This document shows, in pieces, positions 24,825 to 30,823 of a DNA stretch of 30,823 bases. Position 1 is the stretch's first letter; each line of letters begins with the position of its first letter. Position numbers and translations under genes: made by a program. The notes below the pieces were generated by a model that did no database searches, was not told where the DNA came from, and saw nothing but the letters and a program-made list of their open reading frames with translations. Source of the stretch: a virus (taxonomy: Duplodnaviria; Caudoviricetes); IMG/VR virus record IMGVR_UViG_3300020044_008590, positions 1-30,823 of that record; one strand, written 5' to 3'.

Positions 24825-27545
24825 TTAAGGAATTATAGAATCTAGACCAGAATCCACGATACTTACTATAGAATCTGAGCCATATGGCCTTGGAGAATTA
24901 CGTCCAGAGTCAATTATATCAATAGGAACTATCTTATTGAACGCATTTTGTACTTCATCTACACCGCCATCTATTAAATCTATTAAAGGAATAGAGCCAG
25001 AACCTTCTCTATAAATTAATGTATCATTAATTACAACAACATTTGATTCTGTAACAACAGTATCATTTGAACCAAGTATAATTACATTACTTAAGTTAGA
25101 TGAGATGGTATTTCCTGAGCCAATTACTAAACCTCCATTTACATTATCTCCTACTTGATTTGAATCTCCAACAATATTTATGTTATTGTTTGACCCAATA
25201 AGATTACTAGAGCCTTGTGAAGTAGAATTAACTGATTCACTTAAGTTTCCATTAACAGTAGAGCTAGTTATATCTGGAGAATAACTTGGGCCACTACCTC
25301 CGCCTGTAAGTGTTTCATAATGAGTTTTTGCTGAGTAACTTTCAATATATCCGTATTTTAAATTTCTTTGATTTGGAACAAATAAGAATGGGTCAATAGG
25401 AGAAAATAACTCAACCTTAGTTAATCTATTATCTACTGGAGAGTAATTCTCAATCTTGTTTATTCTCCAATAAATACCATCAACTAATACTTTATCTCTA
25501 AAGTCAAACTTGGCAATATCATACGGAGTTAAATCGAAGTAGCCAGTTAGTAACTTTGAGTTTACACTTGATAGCTCTTCGAATGTATTTTTATGAAAAG
25601 TATTATATAAAGTAGCATCTGTCCAAGTATCTTGTTCATAATAAACTACGCTTGGTGAATCAAAACATAAATCAGCCGTAGGATTATCTGGGTCATTTTG
25701 CATACCAACATATGGAAATGATGTTAGCGCACTTAGTGAAGGAGTTTCTGTGGTTGCTTTGAATGTAAAAGAACCAGTTTTTAATCCAGTATAAAACAAT
25801 AATCTAATATTTGTTTTCTTTGTTTTAGGTACACCAGAATTATCATATGTCAAGAAGTGAGGCATGCTCAAACTTGTAGAAGAATCTTTAGCGCTAGGTG
25901 TTGGAGAAAAAATATTATCTACTGTTTTAATATCAGATAAGAAATCATTATCTATTTCAAATTCAAGTGAACCAAATGTTTTGGCATAATTAGTTTGATA
26001 TAAATCATTATAGAAGTCACTATCTTCTTTGTATGCATATATGTATGTTTTATTTGTAAGCTCAGATAGAGGAGAAAGAGTATAAGAACTTCTATCTAAT
26101 TTTTTTGTCCAGTCTACAAAATCTCCATTTTTTCTATAGAAGTCATCTCTTGGCTCAATGATTAATGTTTTAGGAGATTCAGAATCATCTAATACCATTA
26201 AATTAAACATAGAGAATATAGATTTGACGTAATCTTTCTGATAAATTCCCTCAGGAAGAGTACGGCTCATATCAACTGGGTCAGTTTCAACAATACCCTC
26301 ATTGGCATATGTTACTTTAAAAACAGAACCTGGTTGTACTCTTAATTGAAAGTTACCATTTAATCCTTGACCTAATGAGTTTACTATCTTTGATGTATAA
26401 TTTGATGTTGGATATGTCCAATAAATTTGAATATATGCAGTATCATTTGCATTTAAGTTTGTTGTATAAGTAAATGATTGTACAGATGGGAATGTTACAT
26501 AATTAATAAATGGTCCGTTTGTAAATGTTAAACTAAACGGTAATGAATAAACAACCTGTGCGTTTATAACTAATCTAACAGCTCCTGTAACTGGACCTCC
26601 TACAATATAGAAAGGATTACCATCGGGATATCCAAATAATAATCCAAATAACATAGATATGTTAAATGTATATTTTCCTTTCTTTTGTGCAGTCCAGTTT
26701 GTATTTGAAACAAAGGCATTTGACCCATCATTAATAGTTGAGTTCCATGTTGGTGCCATGTACTTTTCCTGAACAACAGTAGGGTCAGCTGCTTGAACAT
26801 AATCAGAAGTTGCCCTTCTTCTTTCTGCTCCTCTTTTTAAAGTTTCTTCATCAGATAATAAAATCTTATCTCTTGAAAAAGGAACAATCAATTGCTTAAA
26901 ATAAGAGCTATTTAAAAACTCTGATTTATATGTATAACCAGCTTGGTCAAATATTCTATCTAAATAATCTTTTGCATATATAGCAGGATACCATTCCTCT
27001 ACATCAGATATTGGTGTTGTGTTTCTTCCGTATTGAATCATCGGATAAACATATCCACGTCCATATTGAAATGGAGCATCTTGGTTATTAATCTTAATAG
27101 AAGTATCCCATGACTTAGATATATTTGTTCTATTTAAAATATGGTTGTATTCAGAGAAATCTAAATCTTCTAATCTTCTATCACCTATATCATAGAATAG
27201 ATTTCCTAATTGACCCATGATTGTTACATCATATTCAATCTTATCATTGCTATCCTTTATTACTTTTATTAATTGAAGGAATCCTTTGAATACTTGATTT
27301 CCATCTACAAATACAAGAACATCAGTTTTTCTATTTGGATTAAATATAATATTGTCATTACCTATCTCAAATATATTTCCAAATAACTGATTATTTGTTT
27401 TTGTTCCAGGTATTGTAAATGAATACGAGAATGACGTAGCTTTCTTTTCTACTTCACGTATATCATTTATCTGATATGTAATGTTAAAATCGAAGTCACC
27501 ATAAAGGTCAAGCTCGACACTGTTTGCGTATATCTTAGTTATCAT
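24825..27545 (-). CDS. tail tip / baseplate hub protein
   Basis: 906 aa; ELDLY...SFSYSFTIPGTKTNN N-terminus and WRINKIENY..TKVEL; C-terminal ID(G/S)G-type repeats. Confidence 0.78.
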   Translation of the reverse strand: MITKIYANSVELDLYGDFDFNITYQINDIREVEKKATSFSYSFTIPGTKTNNQLFGNIFEIGNDNIIFNPNRKTDVLVFVDGNQVFKGFLQLIKVIKDSNDKIEYDVTIMGQLGNLFYDIGDRRLEDLDFSEYNHILNRTNISKSWDTSIKINNQDAPFQYGRGYVYPMIQYGRNTTPISDVEEWYPAIYAKDYLDRIFDQAGYTYKSEFLNSSYFKQLIVPFSRDKILLSDEETLKRGAERRRATSDYVQAADPTVVQEKYMAPTWNSTINDGSNAFVSNTNWTAQKKGKYTFNISMLFGLLFGYPDGNPFYIVGGPVTGAVRLVINAQVVYSLPFSLTFTNGPFINYVTFPSVQSFTYTTNLNANDTAYIQIYWTYPTSNYTSKIVNSLGQGLNGNFQLRVQPGSVFKVTYANEGIVETDPVDMSRTLPEGIYQKDYVKSIFSMFNLMVLDDSESPKTLIIEPRDDFYRKNGDFVDWTKKLDRSSYTLSPLSELTNKTYIYAYKEDSDFYNDLYQTNYAKTFGSLEFEIDNDFLSDIKTVDNIFSPTPSAKDSSTSLSMPHFLTYDNSGVPKTKKTNIRLLFYTGLKTGSFTFKATTETPSLSALTSFPYVGMQNDPDNPTADLCFDSPSVVYYEQDTWTDATLYNTFHKNTFEELSSVNSKLLTGYFDLTPYDIAKFDFRDKVLVDGIYWRINKIENYSPVDNRLTKVELFSPIDPFLFVPNQRNLKYGYIESYSAKTHYETLTGGGSGPSYSPDITSSTVNGNLSESVNSTSQGSSNLIGSNNNINIVGDSNQVGDNVNGGLVIGSGNTISSNLSNVIILGSNDTVVTESNVVVINDTLIYREGSGSIPLIDLIDGGVDEVQNAFNKIVPIDIIDSGRNSPRPYGSDSIVSIVDSGLDSIIP

Positions 27546-27548
27546 ATC

Positions 27549-29324
27549 TTATCCTCTTTGTGCTATCTTTTCGAAAGCATAATCAAATTCTAGTTTTAAA
27601 TTAAATAGTTTTTCATTTGCTCTCTTGCCAGGTATATATTCATTTGTTGTAATAACAACTGGATATTTATTTTCACCATCTAACACATAAACCTCTGGAG
27701 AAGATATTAATTCAAACAACCATTCAGATGTAGCCTCGTTAACCCAATCAGAATAAACTGTAACGTTCTCTGTTATTTTAACATTATTTACTACCCTTCC
27801 AGCATCTCCTATATTATATCCATAGTTATCTCCATTATAAGAACCAAGCATAGTTTCATATGAAGATTTCTCTACTGTATATTTGTTATCACTCCTCTTT
27901 CTAAAATTAAAATAATCAAATGCGCCTAATCTATTTAACCACATAAAACGATATGTTTCATATTTAGAACAATCATTATCTACATCAAAGCGATATTGTT
28001 CACTTTTAATTGCTGAACCAACTGAATTATATGCAAATAAATAATAGCTAATTACAGTTGTCCAATTTACACCAGTCAAAGAGGATATTAAAATACTTTG
28101 GTCAAATAAAGAGTCTATATTTTTAGGGCCAACAGGAAGTATAAAATTGGTATAGTTTAAGTTGGTTGATGCAGTAAATGTACTTGGTATTAAGAAATCA
28201 GCTGTATCAGTTCCTCCTGTTATATATTCAAAAGAAAATACAATCTTATCTGCTGGCGTTGTTCCTGCTGATAAATAATAGTTACATAAATAATTAACAG
28301 TATGATAATCTCCACTCATTACTTTTGGTCGTGGACAATTAGTTAAAAACTTAGATGTTGGTCCAGTTAATGTATATCCAGACAACTCTCTACTTGCGCC
28401 AAATGATTTCTTTTGGTCATAATCATCAACTGAGTTATTTATAAATGTATATCCAGATGGTTGAGAAGAAGTTAATCCAGTTAAAACAATATTTCCTTTA
28501 ATATAAACAGTTCCAGATTCACTTGCACTATATGTTCCATAAGGTACATTTGTTACAAGAATGTTTGCTCCAGATAAAGCTGTTACATTCCACTGTCCAT
28601 CATATGATGGGTTTATATTGGTATTATACTTAGCAATTATAACTGAATCATTTACACTCATTTTATGTGGTTTTGTACACATTAATCCTAAGTATCCTTG
28701 TGTATTAAATGTTGCTGAGAAAGATTTTCCTTCATATACAAATCCAGTTTGAGCTGTTCCTCCAGTTCCAAATATAGCCTCAAGAGTAACTTGATATGCT
28801 GTATTAGCAGACAAAACTTTTGTAGATACATTTGTTAAAAAACCATCTACACTTGGGTCATCTTTAACCATATAAACTCCATCTCCAACTTGTAAATTAT
28901 GTGGGTTTAAAAAGTTTACTTTTAAATAATATGCTCCAGGAAATATTAATGAGCCTTGAGCAAAAGAAGTAAATTCATTTTTAGATGAGAATGTTTCACC
29001 AAATTCAACAACAAAACGTTTTGTAGAATTAGACGCATAAGTTATATTTGTTGCATTAAAATATGGGTCAGAGCTTATAAAATTCTCAAGTGTTCTATGG
29101 ACATCAAATTGACCATAGAAGTTTGTTAAGTTTGGGAATGTATTTAGACGAGCAGCAAATACTCTTCCAGAAGATAAGTCACCTCCATAATAGATATCTG
29201 CTATGTAGTTAAATGAATCACGTCCACGTTTATCTGAATCAACTATATAATTGATTGGATTATATACTGATGTAATTGGTATGTATTTTCCAGTTAAAGA
29301 ACTAGATTTAATTGTTATTGCCAT
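27549..29324 (-). CDS. tail structural protein (distal-tail-like) with two inserted beta domains
   Basis: 591 aa; C-terminal WLNRLGAFDYFNF...ELISSPEVY; two internal H.(L/M).V.D.V modules. Confidence 0.72.
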   Translation of the reverse strand: MAITIKSSSLTGKYIPITSVYNPINYIVDSDKRGRDSFNYIADIYYGGDLSSGRVFAARLNTFPNLTNFYGQFDVHRTLENFISSDPYFNATNITYASNSTKRFVVEFGETFSSKNEFTSFAQGSLIFPGAYYLKVNFLNPHNLQVGDGVYMVKDDPSVDGFLTNVSTKVLSANTAYQVTLEAIFGTGGTAQTGFVYEGKSFSATFNTQGYLGLMCTKPHKMSVNDSVIIAKYNTNINPSYDGQWNVTALSGANILVTNVPYGTYSASESGTVYIKGNIVLTGLTSSQPSGYTFINNSVDDYDQKKSFGASRELSGYTLTGPTSKFLTNCPRPKVMSGDYHTVNYLCNYYLSAGTTPADKIVFSFEYITGGTDTADFLIPSTFTASTNLNYTNFILPVGPKNIDSLFDQSILISSLTGVNWTTVISYYLFAYNSVGSAIKSEQYRFDVDNDCSKYETYRFMWLNRLGAFDYFNFRKRSDNKYTVEKSSYETMLGSYNGDNYGYNIGDAGRVVNNVKITENVTVYSDWVNEATSEWLFELISSPEVYVLDGENKYPVVITTNEYIPGKRANEKLFNLKLEFDYAFEKIAQRG

Positions 29325-29326
29325 TG

Positions 29327-29782
29327 TTATCTATTGTTAATTTCTTGTGCTAATGAATTGAAATATATTTCCATATCTTCCTTATATGTTTTTGCTACCA
29401 ACTCTTGAAACTTACTTCTTCTTCTTGATAAAGTTGTGCTTGCAAAGTTTGTTGGTTTAATTCCTTTTTTATAAATTTTATAATTGATTGGATAAATAGC
29501 ACTCTCTGGTATTCCTTTTAATCTAACCCATTTCCTAAGTGCGTCTACTGGAACAAACTTCCCAGGCTTTCTTCCTTTATCAACATACTTCCAATAATCT
29601 GCCGCAACAATATTAAGCGAGTATGTTTCAGAGTCTACCTCAACACTATAAGTTAAACTCTTTTGTAAATTACCTGAAGCTTTTTTACCATATCCATTCA
29701 AACGTGTCAACATCTCAGCCACGACTTCCTTGCCGTACTTATTCATTAACTCGATTGTTTTTTTAAAATGAAGCTCAGCCAT
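29327..29782 (-). CDS. tail completion/neck protein
   Basis: ASGNLQKSL...YWKYVDKGRKPG...GIKPTNF; basic, 151 aa. Confidence 0.68.
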   Translation of the reverse strand: MAELHFKKTIELMNKYGKEVVAEMLTRLNGYGKKASGNLQKSLTYSVEVDSETYSLNIVAADYWKYVDKGRKPGKFVPVDALRKWVRLKGIPESAIYPINYKIYKKGIKPTNFASTTLSRRRSKFQELVAKTYKEDMEIYFNSLAQEINNR

Positions 29783-29786
29783 TTAA

Positions 29787-30248
29787 TTAAGAATTTTGTG
29801 GTGTAGAACATCCAAATGCGAATGGAGTCACAAAACTTAATGACATATAAACTCCAGCTACATCATCTTTTAATTTTTCTTGTACATATTCCATAACAAC
29901 CTCATTCTGATTAAGAGTATAATTTCCATTTAAGAATACTGGATTCTGGTCAATATCTCTTAATAAGTCATGGCCAATTAAAGTCATATCAGATAATACT
30001 TCCATATCATTCTGCATGCCTTTCATAGTTCTATCTAAAATAAAAACTCTGAATGTTGTATTTGTTAAAGCAAATCCACTCTGACCTTTAATAACTTTTG
30101 ACTCAGTTGGTTGAACCCAAACAACAGGATATTGAAGTGATTGACTCATTCCTACTTCCCATAGGTCACCATATCCAAAAGAATTTACCTGGCCATGTGC
30201 CGTAGCAAAATCTTCGAATACTTTTGTTAGCTGATTTAATGTTTTCAT
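29787..30248 (-). CDS. tail terminator-like protein
   Basis: 153 aa with YPVVWVQP...FRVFILD; position in the tail module. Confidence 0.62.
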   Translation of the reverse strand: MKTLNQLTKVFEDFATAHGQVNSFGYGDLWEVGMSQSLQYPVVWVQPTESKVIKGQSGFALTNTTFRVFILDRTMKGMQNDMEVLSDMTLIGHDLLRDIDQNPVFLNGNYTLNQNEVVMEYVQEKLKDDVAGVYMSLSFVTPFAFGCSTPQNS

Positions 30249-30533
30249 TTATTTTTTATTTTTTGCTATTTGCTTTTTAATATCTTCGTTCTCTGCATCA
30301 ATCTTCATCTTCTCATAACTTAACCAATTTAAACAGAATATAAAGTTTTGCTTGGTTACTGCATCCCACTTCGTAATATCTCCTCCGCATAATCTATGCA
30401 ATATTGCAAACCAAGAATATTCCTTGGGAATTTCTCCAGCTACTTCTACTCTTTCGTCATCTCCTGGATTTGAATCTTCATCCCCACCGAAGAATCCACT
30501 ATAATTGGAGAAGAGGTTTTTCTTCCATCCAAA
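30249..30533 (-). CDS. -1 frameshift extension of the tail assembly chaperone (gpGT-like; missing from the ORF track)
   Basis: Open frame from the T9 run to the TAA at 30249-30251: FGWKKNLFSNYSGFFGG...YSWFAILHRLCGGDITKWDAV...CLNWLSYEKMK; no ATG near its 5' end. Confidence 0.8.
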   Translation of the reverse strand, partial: FGWKKNLFSNYSGFFGGDEDSNPGDDERVEVAGEIPKEYSWFAILHRLCGGDITKWDAVTKQNFIFCLNWLSYEKMKIDAENEDIKKQIAKNKK

Positions 30534-30823
30534 AAAAAAGTGGAAATTCCGTGAACTAATGGTATTGTTAGGTTATTTTTTAATATTTCTGTTCTTTTTG
30601 CCAGAGTAGAAGCGTCAAATTCTACGATGTTTCCATCAATTCCTACTTCTCTAATCAAGATTGCTAGGATTTTATCAGTGTTTTTCTCCACACCTTCTAT
30701 AGAAAACTGTTCAATTGATGCAGCTTCACCCATTGTAATGTCATTAAAGTCAGGAACAAGCATATATTTTACTCCATCAAACTCAAATTCTCTCTGGAAT
30801 TTAGGCTCAACATCGAATGTATG
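30446..30823 (-). CDS. tail assembly chaperone (gpG-like), 5' end outside the window
   Basis: The frame stays open to the window edge (HTFDVEPKFQREFEFDGVKYMLVPDFNDITMGE...); contains the slippery site. Confidence 0.75.
   Translation of the reverse strand, partial: HTFDVEPKFQREFEFDGVKYMLVPDFNDITMGEAASIEQFSIEGVEKNTDKILAILIREVGIDGNIVEFDASTLAKRTEILKNNLTIPLVHGISTFFLDGRKTSSPIIVDSSVGMKIQIQEMTKE
30531..30539 (-). other. programmed -1 ribosomal frameshift slippery site (T TTT TTT)
   Basis: ACT TTT TTT TTG in the chaperone frame. Confidence 0.8.

Noticed and set aside
1-30823. Stop-codon reassignment
   Set aside because: Genes are full length and tightly packed in the standard code, and TAA, TAG and TGA are all used as stops.

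Overview
An AT-rich segment of a tailed dsDNA phage genome. A Bacteroidota (Flavobacterium/Cytophaga-like) host is likely, given the TTTG-N20-TAnnTTTG promoter, A-rich start regions lacking Shine-Dalgarno sequences, and the holin and sigma types. From left to right: (1) a minus-strand block with an FkbM-family methyltransferase (cut off by the window edge), three small CxxC proteins and two different sigma-70-family factors; (2) an ~800-bp non-coding divergence region with repeats, strand-biased G-tracts and a nested RNA-like fold; (3) a plus-strand block of HNH/NUMOD endonuclease genes and hypotheticals, with two candidate small RNAs; (4) a ~22-kb minus-strand virion and lysis operon. In transcription order this operon holds a tail chaperone with a -1 frameshift, tail completion, tail-tip and fibre genes, a LamG lectin, tape measure, prohead protease, scaffold, major capsid, tail tube, a large fibre, portal, adaptor, holin and endolysin. 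No terminase, integrase, DNA polymerase, primase or helicase is recognisable in the window. The best leads are: an exact five-copy phage late promoter (AACG-N14-AATATTTA); a [ST][GA]x[ST] motif enriched across surface virion proteins, which may be a glycosylation sequon linked to the late-expressed FkbM gene; a plug-and-socket fibre/lectin architecture; and a structured, G-tract-rich non-coding region that may be an RNA-primed replication origin. All calls come from motif recognition by eye; no database search was run.
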